DNA of 64,000 nt from Callorhinchus milii. Its lineage: Eukaryota. Under the pieces are notes generated by a model that made no database searches, was not told where the DNA came from, and worked only from the letters and a program-made list of their open reading frames with translations. Shown here piece by piece: positions 1 to 13,512 of this stretch. The position numbers were made by a program, and so were the translations under genes. How positions within the stretch are numbered: position 1 is the stretch's first letter; the number at the start of each line of letters is the position of its first letter. Where the stretch lies: contig NW_024704743.1 of the NCBI RefSeq assembly GCF_018977255.1, positions 50,408,001 to 50,472,000 of the forward strand. The letters run 5' to 3'.

Positions 1-736
1 TTGGGTTACTGCTGGTGTCGAACAAACTAAAACTGCATAACTTGCAATTGAAAGCACTGTTGGCAAGTTTCCCACTGAGTGTCCAGCTAGAACCACCCTA
101 CCTGTTAGGGCTTTGGCTTACAGGGTTAACAGGAGCTGAGGTGAAGCATCTCTGACCACCAATGACCCAGTGCAAGTATTCACAGGCACTTGGCAGTAAA
201 TGAGTTGTTGAGAAGTACCCGGAGAGTCAACATTAGTCACCATGACAGGAATACATCCAGCTCTGGGGCCCTTTCATGTAGAATTCATTTCTGGGTTCAT
301 TGCTGCTCCCAAGCTCAGGGCATCGCTGACAAAAGTAGCAGTCTCATTCGCTGCTTCACGGGGGAGAATTATATCACTGCTCAGTGAAGTGCTAACAGTG
401 CGATTCTACAAGAAAGTTTTTAAATCTGAAAACAAACCATCCGCAAAATAAATAGAATATTGAACTGAAAGTGTAATACATTAATGATATTCCCGAGACT
501 ATTCTAAAACCATTTAAAGCTTATGCTTTTCATGTTGTGTTAAATAAAATGTTCAGAACAGCTCATTACGAGCATTGTTGTTTTCAAGGTTTTAACATTG
601 AGCACCTGTTTATGATTGTAAGAGGTTTATAAAGCAAGGAAGAAAAGGCCATTCATCCCATCAAATCTATTCCTTGCATATCAATCTTAAAAGCGGACAA
701 AGGGGACATCTCAGAGGGACCAACAATCTACAACCT

Positions 737-1020
737 GGAGTCCTGCAGCTCAGTGGTCGGAGACCTGGGTTCGATTCCCGGCAGGACAAAACCTTGGGCA
801 AGTTTCCTTCTCCACATGTCTGACAATAATCCCTCAAGAAAAAAAGCACAATAATAAATTGGTCACTTCAATCCACGTTTGTGTGACATTGCTGTGTGCA
901 ATTGGCTGCTGCGTTTTGCCCACAAATATACAGTCAATTCACTTTACTGTATATTTTGTGAAGCACTTTGAGATGTCTAGAAGACGTGAAAAGCGCTATA
1001 TCAAATGCAAAGATTATTAC
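737..1020 (+). mobile_element. tRNA-derived SINE (short form, head partly deleted)
   Basis: ggagtcctgcagctcagtgg..gttcgattccc head, ccttgggcaag, Deu-like 3' part, L2-like tail. Confidence 0.9.
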
Positions 1021-1424
1021 ATTCACATAGCACCCTTCACATGGGTAGCATCTGGGAGCACTTACTGCATTGTGATTTAGCTGAGCTGGAAAGAGAGGGA
1101 GGTAACTGAAGTTAGAGAGGCAATTCTTCAGGGGTGATTTGAAGACGGGCAGAGAGGGAGCAAGACATAATAAATAATATAATAATCCTTGCATTTGATA
1201 TAGTGCTTTTCATGTCTTATAGACTTCTCAAAGTATTTCACAGAATATACTGTAAAGTGAAATGACTGTATATTTGTGGGAGAAATGCGACAGCCAAAAT
1301 TGAAGGGATTAAGAGCATAGTGGCTGTTCAGGCCATAGGGACCTTGTACAGGTACATACATTTTTAAATGGGATTGAAAAAGCAAACTCCGAACAATACT
1401 TTCACATGCATCAAGAGAGTAGGA

Positions 1425-1670
1425 CAAAAGGACAGGTTTAGGGTCACAAAGGGCAATTTAAGGATAGACACCAGGAATTTATTTTCTTTATGCAGAGAGT
1501 GATTAACAACTGGAGCACATTACCAGGAAGGATGGTTGAGGCCAGGGTGATGAGCGCATTTTAAACAACAGCTGGATGCTGTGATGGAAGGACGGGAGGA
1601 TGGGTATTCCAGAGGGATGAGATCACATGGGCTGTAGGGCCCTCTTCATCAAAACCAAATTTGTGATCTA
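1425..1670 (+). mobile_element. CR1 LINE 3' end
   Basis: G-H-K..FF.QRVIN.W..LP..VEA..FKQQLD-like remnant plus CR1 3' UTR. Confidence 0.75.
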
Positions 1671-2039
1671 GTCCTTGAACAATCTGCACCATCACAGACA
1701 ATGGCTGACATGTTGAATTTCCTGGGGGAGGCGAATAACCACTGGAACATTTTTCAAGAAGAGAATGCTCTTATGAAGTGTCTGCAGAAGCCCTGAAGTT
1801 GACCTAATAAAACTCTAGGACAGGGGTTCTCAAACATTCTGGGCTCAAGGGTTAGGGGAGCAGGGAGGCCTCTCTTCCCCCCGCCCCAACACCCCCACAA
1901 AAGGCGGCTCTTCAATATCTTCCACTGGAATTATGGGAACAAGTCTTTCTCATCCACTCCTCAGGCTGTGTGGGCTTCCGTAGTCCAGCTAGACTTCCGT
2001 AGTATTTGGACTTTGGGTAAAATATTTTAAAAATCTTCA

Positions 2040-2515
2040 GGTGGGTCCATAGTATTCTGAGTCACTGCTGATGACAGCACAGCCAGCCTGGCTCATCAAC
2101 AGGACTTGGAAGGGCAGACTAGTCCCCAGGGGCAGGGAATCCTCCCACTCACCTCCTGTTAACCCTGCAGCCAAAGCCCTAACGGGTAGGATGGTCCTGG
2201 CTGGATAAGCAGCGGGAAAGCTTGCCAAACAGCAATATCAATGCAAGCTATGTGGTTTTAGCTGGTTAGATTCCAGCACACTCTGGGGTACCCAAGCCTT
2301 GGCTCTGGCCAACCTGTGCCTAATACTTTCGGGAATTAGGTAAGCAGGATAGGTCCCTCCAAGGAGAGAAAGTGAATTCCATTCCAACAGTCTTCATGTG
2401 TACGTAGGATGCATGGAATTCTCAGCTTGGTTTGGATACCAAACCATATTACCATCATGTTAAGCAGGATGATGAGTTTCCCATGTGTCAGACACCCAGC
2501 TGACCATAGAGAAAC
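2040..2515 (+). repeat. unclassified ~470-bp interspersed repeat
   Basis: reverse complement aligns by eye with 60010-60475 and partly with 20-170; 3' end also at 4020-4109. Confidence 0.8.
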
Positions 2516-5500
2516 TGCTTGGAAACTGCTGCTCTCGGATATCATTCTATAAAATTACAGCAATCTTGTCACTAAGAGTTCAATGAAGTGTAATGGTAGG
2601 TATGTGGAATACCACACAATAACTGTTTTTGCACAATTTAAAGCCTATTGTTTTCTGTAAGATTCCATACATAGCATATATTACTAAATAAGCATTGCAA
2701 TAACACTGCTATAAACTATTCAACCCTAACTGGCTGCATTGCCTTGATGCTTATTCCTGTGGTCCAAGTAGCACGAGAACAATTGTGCCCTGCATAAAGT
2801 TAATTATCTGTACGTCTGCTTACCTTCTGACCTTTAATCCCATTTGTTAACCAGGTATTTATCTGACTCTTTCAAAGGAATTAAATTATGTAATGGAAAA
2901 CCTGATTTATTCTGCTGGAAGGAACGCAGTATCATTTCCACCTGGGCTCCATTACCTGCTGCTGCTGTTTTATAATAAAAATACAGTAAACTCGTGATAA
3001 CTCAACCCTGGCTTCACTTGTCACTACCACTTAAGTCATCATGCTGTCATGTCCCAGCCGCATTTATTGATGTATTTATACATATGCCTAACTCAGCACT
3101 TCAGATAATGTCACTGAACCCTTTTCCCTCAGCAATTTACTGTTTAATAATCCTTGTATTTGATATGCTGTTTCACCCACAAAATACACATTCAAGCCAC
3201 TTTACAATACATCCTGTAAAGCACTTTGAAATGTCTCAATGATGTGATAAGACACTATATCAAATGCCAAGATTATTATTATTTATTTGATCATAGTTCT
3301 TTTATATGTATATTTATTTTATCTATTATAATTTTCTATACATTCTAACAAAAGGTCCCACGTATCTCCATGCACCCTTCCAGGTTCCACTGTTGACTGA
3401 AAGGTGGGAGCAACATACTTAAAACTATTTCCAGGTGCTGAAGAGTGCTTTAGAGGCTGTCTTTGCCTCAGTGAGAAGTGAAACACTGAAGACTGACATG
3501 GACTCACTAAAGATACAACAATGGTAACCCCACCATGATTTTTGATCCGAGCTGAGACATGAGAACATGATCATGTGAACACAAAAGATTGCACCCTTCG
3601 CATTGAGGGGTTTTCCCTGATTTGAAAAGCTTTATATCAAATGCAATGATTTTATCATTGTTAAAATATCATTGATTATTGATAAAATTGATACAGAGGG
3701 GCTGAGAAGGGGAATTCAAAATATTAATAGTAGCATATCAATGGTAGACATGGGGAAAATGGGTTAATAAGTACTCCAGGCCACTACCTTGCATAAAGTT
3801 GATAAGTGGAATATAAATGCAAGTTGTTGTTGTTAATATATAATTATAATAATTGCATTTGATATAGCGCCTAATCACAGCTTTAAGATGTCTCAAGCGC
3901 TTCATAGAATATACTGTAAAGTGAATTGACTGTATATTTGTGGGCAAAACACGGCAGCCAATTGCGCATCTGCAGTGTCTCAGAAACAGTCGTGGTTATG
4001 GCAGTAAAAGCCGTTACACTTACATATGTGGAACTCTCAGTCTGGTTTCGATACTCTAATGGATGGTGATGGGCTTTGCATGTGTCAGACACCCGGCTGG
4101 CCAAAAAAATGTAATTAATTAGCGGAAAACCAAGGTGCAATCACTGAGTAATGGGCTTATATATAAATACAATTTTGAAACCACAGCAATGTTTCACCCA
4201 AGAAAAATATACTTTATTCCAGTTAAGGATGACAACATCTAAAAATAAAAGCCCAATATGTCTGGTTTTGAGTACCTAATCTTTCTAATGGAGCTGTGGT
4301 CATATGTTTAAGACTCTTTAGTAGAGGTTGAGCAGCTTGTAGGCCTTAGAATGGCATCAAATTGTGGTATAAAATAGAGGCATTATTGTGAGCCTGAATT
4401 GCTGATGTGATTGTGGTGATTAATTCCACCCACTGCTATCCTTGCTCTTACCCAATGAATACTTCATTAATGACTGTACCCAGGCAATGTTGAACCTATC
4501 AGGCTGTACACAATGAATAGTATGACATCAAGTACTACATCTAGCTAATGGTTAACCCTATCAATCCACGTGTCCATGAACATGGATGAAGGAGAACTGC
4601 ATCCCCTAAGATCAATAAATAAAGGCATTCTCTGTCTGCATGAACTGTGTAAAGAGCAGTGCACTGCAGTGCAGAAAGCCCTGTGATCCTGAGCCCCACT
4701 ATTCTGCGTAAATTGGAACACTGGTTTTGGAGGAATGAAAGATCCCTTGAAGCAGACATTTAGTGGAGAGATGGCACTCAGTGGACTGCCACATGATGTG
4801 TGCCGCCTGCATCAACAATCAAAATTGTATTATATAATAATAGCCTTGCATTTGATACAGCACTTTATCACATCATTGAGACATCTCAAACTGCTTCACA
4901 GAATATATTGTAAAGTGAATCGACTGAATATTTTGTGGGTGAATAGGTCTTAAGACTGGCCTTGAAGGTGGTGAGGCATGGGACGTATGGAAAGACACCA
5001 TGATGGAGTTCCAGAGAGCAAGGCAGAATAGTTGAACATTGTGGGGTGGTTCAGGAGGGAACATGGAGCAGGTCAGTGTTAGCTAAACGGAGGAGCAGAC
5101 AGGATGGTATGGTTCAGGGAGTCACAGATGTAGGGTGTGGTGAGGTTTTGGAGGCATTTGAAAGTAAGAATGAGGATCCAGAAATGGTCTGCACTGAAGG
5201 GGGCCAATTTGGCATCATGTCTGTGCTCATGTTAGCTCCCTAACTAGGTCAGCAGAGATAAACCAGTATTCCTCCACCCAGCACTCAATTGTCACACTCC
5301 ATAGAACAAGCTGGAGGTCGAAAGGACAACAGAGATAGCTTCAGGACCAATCAATTAACACCAGTTAATAAATTAAACCATTAACCAAATGTACAACATG
5401 AAAACCCAAAATGGGCTAACAAACTCATCACAGGTCACAATTTGTACCAAACTACTCTCCTCCAGTTAATCCTCTTTGTGTCTGTATGCTTTAATTTTAC

Positions 5501-6596
5501 TTGTTTGTTTACAAAATACACGGTTGCCACACTTCACAACATAACCTGTGAAACATAGAGGCGTCTTCCCAATGTGGTAGGGTCCATATTGAATGCAAAT
5601 ATTATAACAAAAGTTATTCCCTCGAGTACATGTGTTCAGTTGATTCCCTTTTAAATAGCATCGCTCACATCTTGTGCCATTGGCAATAGATGGACTGTGT
5701 TATTTCCCAGTAATCAGATGGTCATTACCACACAGTAGAAATATAGCCATTATGTCAGAGATGTTGACCCTCTGTTGCGGACACCATCACACATCAATGA
5801 CATGAAGCCCATCAGGCTTCTGGTTCACTCTCTGCCAGCTGCTACTGCTAAAAATAAATGCACCCAAAATGCAATAAATCTGCTTTTATGAATGCCACAG
5901 TATGCATTGTACAAAAAAGCATCTAATAGACATTATTGGAGTGATTTCAATTTCAATAATTGTATCTCAGGGAGGAGAGGAGTGAGCAGATGATGCTTTG
6001 CTTTTGTAATTTATGATTTTTTCTGAAATTCTCAAAGTGATTTCTGCCCTGCAATTACAATGAGGTACGCAGTGCTCTTAATTCATAAGGTTTAAAATTA
6101 CTTTTGGTGTTTAAAAACAAGTATTTATTGCTTCAATAAACACTTAAAGGGGCTGAATCCTCACTGATAAATATTCAGGAAAACATTTTTTATTGGCCTT
6201 TACTCATACGTGTGTAAATTACAAAATAATGAATAAGAATCCTTGCCTTTAACTTACCACCTAAAAATGTATCAATTAGGTAATATCGGTTGAGTGTAGT
6301 GACTGCATATTTATAAGCAAATGCAGCAGCCAATTTGCATGCAGAATAATCCCACAAACAGCCATGGAGAGAATGACCAATTTATGTGGAAGATTGGTGG
6401 GCCACAAGAAACTATCTTCTCTTTTTGTACAACATGAAATCTTTATCATTCACCTGATCAGCCAGGCAGTGTTAACGTCTGATGGCACTTTGACAAAGCA
6501 GTGAAGTGCTCCCCCAGAATCAACCCTGACTTGGACCTCTCAAGTCCTGACCCTCTTTCATTCACATCAGGGAGCCAGACTGTAAATAATTGGAAT

Positions 6597-6977
6597 GGAG
6601 TCCTGTAGTGTATTGGTTAGAGCACTCACCTCACAATTGAGAAGACCCAGATTCAATTCCCAGCTGTGGCAAAACCTTTGGCAAGTTTCCTTACTCCACA
6701 AGCATCTGTTTACCTAGCGGTAAGTAGGAACCCGGATGTTAGTTGATTGGCGGATCGCTTTCTGGGGGTAATAATCCCTTTAACATATGTTTAAAAATAA
6801 TAATAGTTTGGTCACTCAATCTACGACTGTTTGTGGGATACTGCTGTGTACAATTGGCTGCTGCGTTTCACCCACAAAATATGCAGCTAATCCACTTCAT
6901 GATATGTCCTGTGAAGGGCTTTGAGACGTCTCAATGACATGACAAGGAGCTATATCAAGTGCAAAGATTATTATTAT
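6597..6977 (+). mobile_element. tRNA-derived SINE (long form)
   Basis: same head and tail plus central ctgtttacctagcggtaagtaggaacc..ggatcgcttt segment. Confidence 0.9.
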
Positions 6978-8507
6978 TTTTATAGTTAAGAATAGAGACT
7001 TAATGGTTTCTTCTTGATCCTTGGTCCCTAGTTGGGTGTGTGGTGTGTGTTAGGTTGTGTGTTGCACTTGATACTTCTCTATGGTCTAAGTCTCAATGAA
7101 TGGTTGCTGCAACATCAGGCTGGCACATAGTCCCAGAATTCTTCAGCTTCGTAGTCAAAGAAAATCACCCTTGTAATGGAAAGTTACAAATTCAGCACAT
7201 TTAGATCCTCTGGGTTTTGAACGGCCCCTGCAAAGTGGCCTGTCAAGTGATAATTAAGTGTGGTTAACCATCATTTTTATTTCCGCTCCAGTTAATTCTC
7301 AAGTCCCTGGGCAGCGGAAATATCACATAATGGGGTAGAATAAAATGATATGATGCAAAGAGAAACTTAATCAGACAGAAGAAAATGTTAATTTTTGAAT
7401 TAGAAAGTAATATTCTTTTGGACTACAAATAAAATAAGTACACAAAACAGCATTTCATAACCGAGAGATCGCCAGTGACTATCTTTTAAATGCTGCAGCT
7501 TGAATTTCTTATCACAAGTGACAGTTGAGGTAGAGTACACAACAGCATTTAACAATGAGCTTTACAATGACAGACTCGGATGCCAAGTAAAGGAAAGGGG
7601 AAAGGAGAAGTGACCACAGGCTTGGGTCAAAGAGATAGGTTTCAAGGTGGGATTTCAAGATGGAGTGGGGAGGGATAGAGGGAAGAAGCTCCAGAGGTCA
7701 GTGTAGTTAAAAAGGAATTGAATATTTGAGGAAACATAAGAACTGATTGTATAGGGAACAAACAAGGAATGGAACAGGGAGCAGTCTCTCTGGTATTGCA
7801 CAATGAGATATATATTTCAATGCTGGTTTCTCCTTTTCTCTTCCACACACTCATTCAAACAGAATAAAATGCAGAGTCACGGCTGTGATCCGTTGGAAAC
7901 ATTACAACTCTCAGCATCACGTGTATGGAATTTCAAGCAGTACGTGATTCGTGGATTAGAATGCGTTATCTACAACCTGCTTTAATAGATGATATTTGGA
8001 GTATTGACTGCTGTGGTGCTTCATATTTATGGAAATCTAGTAAATCTGTGAACAGCATTGACACCCAGGTCGAGCTGGAACAAATTAAACTTGAAAGAAA
8101 ATGGACAGGTGGGATCTGAATAAAAATACTGCTGACATGTTTTTTACACCCGATACTTTAAAAATAGAGCCATAAAGAACTATGCATGTCAACTTATTGG
8201 TGGAGCCAATGATAGATTGTAATTGAATGGTTTAAAGAGGGCAATTGCCAGTCTGTTCCTTAAAAAGACTGCAACGTTTTTTTGGAACAATTACCGAAAA
8301 CGAGATTCACAGTTACAAGTCTGATTTATTTTGAATGCCCTGTGAGTGGGACGGGTCACTTTTAGAATTGCATCAAAAAAATCTCTGGAGTGAGTGAGCA
8401 TTGAATGAATGGACAAACAGACAAATAAGCCCAAGAGTCAATCGACTTTACAATATAATCTGTGAAGCGCTTTGAGATGTCTTAATGAGGTGATTGCAGC
8501 AACAACA

Positions 8508-9000
8508 ACAACAACAGAATTCCATTTGTATAGTGCCTTTCATGTTGGGAGGATGTCCCAAGGTGCTGGACTATCAGTGTTTTGGACCTGAGTTGAGGGT
8601 CGGGATCGGGGAGGGTGGAGGGCAGTGGCTGGGGGAAGGAGGGTGACCGAAGGCACGGTCGAAGAGGAGGGTCTTGAGACGGGTCTTGAAGGAGGCAAGG
8701 GAGGGGGTGAGGTAGAGGGACTATGGGATGGAGTTCCAGAGGGTGGGGTCAGAGTGGCTGAAGGCCTTCCCAACAATAGTGGGGTGGGCGAGGCAGGGAA
8801 TGTGAAGAGGGCCGGAGTCCGCTGAGCTGAGGGAGCAAGCAGAATGCTTGGGGGTTAGGAGGTTGCAAAGGTAGGGTGGAGTGAGGCCCTAGAGTGCTTT
8901 GAAAGTGAGGACCAGGATCTTGAACTGTATCTTCTGTGTGATGGGAAGCCAGTGGAGTCGGGCGAGGATGGGGGTGATGGGGTCACGGAACCTGGTGGGG
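8508..9000 (-). mobile_element. L2 3' fragment
   Basis: (AAC)n tail and stem-loop like the young L2; degenerate HWLP/FKIL/LWNS coding on minus strand. Confidence 0.85.
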
Positions 9001-9354
9001 GGAGAGGACACAGGCTGCAGAGTTACAGATTAGCACTAAATCAAATGCAAGGATTATTATTATTATTATTCCTGAGTGTAATCCCTCACATTACAGCACC
9101 CTTTGCCCTCGCTGGGACACTTTCTGAGCTTGTACTAGCAAATTGTTAACCTTTGCTACCGGACCATAAGAACTGTAAGCTCAAGTAATTTTTGACGGGC
9201 TCATTTTCCTGTTCGACTATGTCCACTGCCGTTCCTTGAAGCCATTTCTTCAGGGTANTTTTTCTGTGCAGCCTGTTTGCTCTGCTTCCTACAGCTGCTC
9301 CAGTTGCTTTCATTAGCCTCTGCTCCACTCAGGCCAGGCACAGCTTCTATCGAG

Positions 9355-9383
9355 GTTGCTAGGGTATACGTAAACTGACGTCA
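9355..9383. promoter_or_regulatory. RFX X-box + forkhead-like + CRE motif cluster
   Basis: GTTGCTAGGGTATAC (9355-9369), GTAAAC (9370-9375) and TGACGTCA (9376-9383), contiguous, in a locally CpG-retaining region. Confidence 0.5.
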
Positions 9384-9904
9384 GGCGAAAAAACAGAATT
9401 CAGTTAAACACAGTCTCCACTGAAAAGAAAATCTAACTGCTGTCCCTGTTTTCAGTATACTCGTTCAATATTTATTTGCTTCCCTTAAATTCAATCAGCC
9501 GTTTACTCCTGTTTCCAGGGGACACATCTTCTGATAAAGAGTGCCCATTATTTGCCATCAGTCCTCATGTTTGTTTCTAGTTGTAAACAAAATACAGTCA
9601 CAACACATTATAGTAAATCTTGTGAAGCACTTTGAGACATCCTCTTAACGTGAATGGCGCTATAAAAAAATCAAATACAAGGATTCTTATTCATTAATGG
9701 CGATGAAACGTGTTGTCAATCGTCGGTGCATTTCCCAACATTATAATCCTTTCTGTTGGAAATCCTAAGTATGATTGTGAGCAGCGCTTTTGCAGCAGAT
9801 TGAAACTAATTGTCAGAAGATTCTGAAAATGGGAACATACGAGCAGCATTAGCACAACGTTTCCACAAATATTTTTTTTTCTCGTCCCTGCCTGTTCACC
9901 TGCA

Positions 9905-10440
9905 GTCAAACATCAACAAGATGGAAGCCGTATGCTTTGGCTCCCGTCGAAATCTTCTGTTCTGCAGTTCAGACCTCATCAAGCTACCCAATCTGAACCC
10001 GTGTGCAATTTAGATGTCAGGTTCGATCCCCAGTTATCCTTCCTCCCCCACATCCAGCCAAGACCGCTTTCCTCCACCTACGCCATATTGCCTGTCTCCG
10101 ACAATACCTCACTCCTCAAGCTGCCGAAATCCTTGTCCATGCTTTTGTCACCTCTCGGCTGGACTACTCAAATGCCCTCCTTGCCAGTCTCCCCTCTTCC
10201 ACTATTCACAATATTCAACTTATCCAAAATGCCGCCGCTTGCATTCTCATCCGCACTAAACAGCACCCCAATTACCCCAATCTTTGGCAAACTCCATTGG
10301 CTCCCTGTCACAGAGCAGATCAACTTCAAGATCCTCATTCACATTTCCCCTCCCACTGGTTCAGCATTGGGCTCCATCACTGTCAAGCGCTCTGGGATGC
10401 CACCCGGCCTGGAGAGCACTATATAAATGCAACTTGTTGT
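9905..10440 (+). mobile_element. L2 RT C-terminal fragment with tail
   Basis: [26 protein letters not shown]; tail ..gcactatataaatgcaacttgttg. Confidence 0.88.
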
Positions 10441-11744
10441 AAGACCATTTAGAGTGCCAAGACTGCTTTGTATTAAGTCCACAGTACCTCCATCCCAGAG
10501 TCCCTTTGCCTCACTCCTTCACTTGCCATGAGTAAAGTCCACCTTAAGATTTACCTCTTTGATCAAAGTTTCAATTATCTTCCCCCTCCACCAACCCTCT
10601 TCAGTTTCCCCCAGCCCCATGTTCAGGTGATGTGCTTTGAGATGTCCTCCTCCCAGTGTGAAAAGCTCTATATAAATTGTAATTATTTAATTCTATTTCT
10701 CCACCTTTTCTCCACATCTCTTGATATCTTTGCTTACCGAGTATCTATTTCTATTTGAATTCCTTCCATTGATTCTGGTGTATGAGCCAGTCAGTCCCAT
10801 TCCATATGCTCACAATTCCTTATTGTATAGAAATATTTTCTAGACTCTTAGCTCTAATTTTAAAGTTATGCTCCCTTATCCTGGATTCTCCCAAACTAGT
10901 GTTGCCATTTGGCTTTGAATGAAGAAATACCACACAGTTAGGTTAGGGTTGGAATTAGATTCAAGACATCAAACATACACTTGACTTTGGAGAAACATCA
11001 GGATCTTAAAAAATTGCTTGAAATCCTTACCTCTACACAAGTCTTCAGTACAGCCTTGTGACGCAGCTCTTCCTGATGTCACTCTAACTCACGTAAGCTA
11101 TTTTTAATATCATTAACAGAGGACTAACTCTTCTTATTGAGAATGCACATAGATGAATGACAAGATGTTAGATAATAATAATAAGAATTATAATCATCGC
11201 ATTTGATACAGCACCTTTCATGTCAGGAGGACATCTTCACGGGTTTACTGCAAAGTGCAGTGACTGTGTACTTTATTGATCAGGTGTATAACATGAGCCA
11301 TGCATATTCTGAAAGCTGATATAAGGCATTCAACAATCAGGGAGTTCACAAACACAAGTAGGGCATGAAGTAGACTGGGAAGGGCCACTGAAAGGCTCAT
11401 TAGTCATTGAACTGTGCGTCACAAGTCGAATATTCCTCTACAATCAAAAAAACGCACAATCTTTAATGAGGAAGCAGACTGGTGGTGCAGCTAGACACAT
11501 TTAAAGCACATGTCTGATGGGCTTAATCATCTCTCAGCTGGGCTACTGTGTGAGACAGCTTGTGGAGGCGGAGGCTCTGACCTTTGGCGGGTGAAGGCTG
11601 ACTTTGACCATTTCACCCTACAGCAAAGCACACCTTCTGCCAGTTCTGTACACAACTGGTGTTAAGCTTCATAGTCCTTCCTGCCCGCTGAGGGAAGATG
11701 CATGGATGCAGGAAACCCTTAACCCTTTAGCTGTGGTCATATGT

Positions 11745-11775
<31 letters not shown>

Positions 11776-12138
11776 TCCGTATATTTGATATAGCGCCTTA
11801 TCACTTCTTTGAGACGTCTCAAAGCGCTTCACAGAATATACAGTAAAGTGAATTGACTGTATATTTTTTGTGGGCGAAACTCGGCAGCCAATTGTGCACA
11901 ACAGTGTCCCACAAACAGTTATGGATTGAAGTGACCAATTTACTTTTGTTCTTTGAAGGAATTATTACCCCCGGAAAAGCGATCCGCCAAACGATGAACA
12001 ACCAGATTCCTATTTACTGCTAGGTAAACAGAGGTGAGTGGAGTAAGGAAACTTGACCAACGTTTCGCCCTGCCCCGGAATCGAACCCAGGTCTCTCGCT
12101 TGCGAGATGAATGCTCTAACCACTGAACTTAGGACTCC
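11745..12138 (-). mobile_element. tRNA-derived SINE (long form)
   Basis: reverse complement of the same family with (ATT)n tail. Confidence 0.9.
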
Positions 12139-13130
12139 TTTAAATTGAATGTACCTTGATTAAACCTAGTAAAATTAAATTTGCAAATATCTTGTGCTGG
12201 ATTCCAACTAGAATTAGGGAAATCTATTGAACACGTGCATTTTGTGTTTTTATGGTATGTCAGGGAAATAAACATTATTCAAGGACTATGCTGATGAGTG
12301 CATTATCATATATCCCATTAGGAAATCTGTCAATACCACAGATTAGACTCTGATATACTCTTCCACAATATCTTCAATCGTTATTTGCAACCTTACAGAA
12401 TAATCTAAGTTTAATTTTTGTATGAAAATTAAATTTTCTAATGGAAAATATTTTTCAAATATTAAATATAATTTTAAAACTGCAATTATAATCTTTGTAT
12501 TTAGTATAATACCTACAATTTCAAAATGTTTTTCATGTACTTTCTGTCAAGTATAGTGACTTTGTATCTGTAGGCAAGCTCACCAGCCATTTTGTACACA
12601 ACAACGTCCCAGGAATGGCCGTGAAGTGACTGACCAATGAATCTGGAGGATTGTTAGCAAAAATATTTCAAGAAAATCCCTTCTCTTTTCAAACAGTGAC
12701 ATCATGATCTTTAAGATCCTCCTAAAAAGACAGATGAAACCTCAGTTTACCATCTCACCCAAAGGATGGAACCGCTCCTCAGTACTATACTGAAGTGTCA
12801 GAGAAGACTGTGAGCTTTCAAGTCCGAATGCCTTCCTTTGGATGAGACATGAAACTGAGGTCTGTCTGTCTGTTCAGGTGGACATTAAATATCCTATTGC
12901 ACTATTCTAAAAGTGAACAGAAGGCACAGTCGAAGTGGAGGGTCTGAGCCGTGCCTTGACGGAGGCATGGGAGGGAGCAAGGCGAAGGGAATGGGGGATG
13001 AAGTTCGAATACTTCACTATACTTCACTATAGTTCAAACTAAGAATCTTGTTAAATGCTGTATAGACAACATGATAAAATGCTATACCAAATACAAGGAT
13101 TATTATTATTATTATAATATTCAGACACAC

Positions 13131-13512
13131 AATAACAACAATAAAAACAAAATTATATTTGCATAGCGCCTTTCACGTTGAGAAGATGTCCCAAGGCGCT
13201 GGACAATCAGTGTTTCAGACCCAAGCTAGGGGTTGGGATCAGGGAGGGTGAGGTGCAGCGGGGGAAGGAGGGTGATCAAAAGCACGGTCAAAGAGGAGGG
13301 TTTTGAGACAGGTCTTGAAGGAGGCAAGGGAGGGGACGAGGCAGAGAGACTGCAGGATGGAGTTCCAGATGGTGGGGGAAGAATGGCAGAAGGCCTGCCT
13401 GCCAATGGTGGGGCGGGCGAGGCGGGGGACGTGAAGCAGACCGGAGCCTGCTAAGCAGAGGGAACGGGCAGGTTGGTAGGGGGTAAGAAGGTTAAAGAAG
13501 TAGGGGGGAGCT
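13131..13512 (-). mobile_element. L2 3' fragment
   Basis: PARSLC..GLLHVPR..IWNSILQSL..FKTCLKTLLFDRAF and L2 tail. Confidence 0.88.

Noticed and set aside
859..1427. Recurrent short ORFs containing [21 protein letters not shown] as a peptide family
   Set aside because: Translations of the shared SINE tail
1821..1835. hAT/Charlie-like TIR CAGGGGTTCTCAAAC
   Set aside because: No matching second TIR or TSD found, so a full element cannot be supported
2068..2074. CTGATGA hammerhead ribozyme core
   Set aside because: No matching GAAA core or stems nearby; the same holds for the other CTGATGA hits
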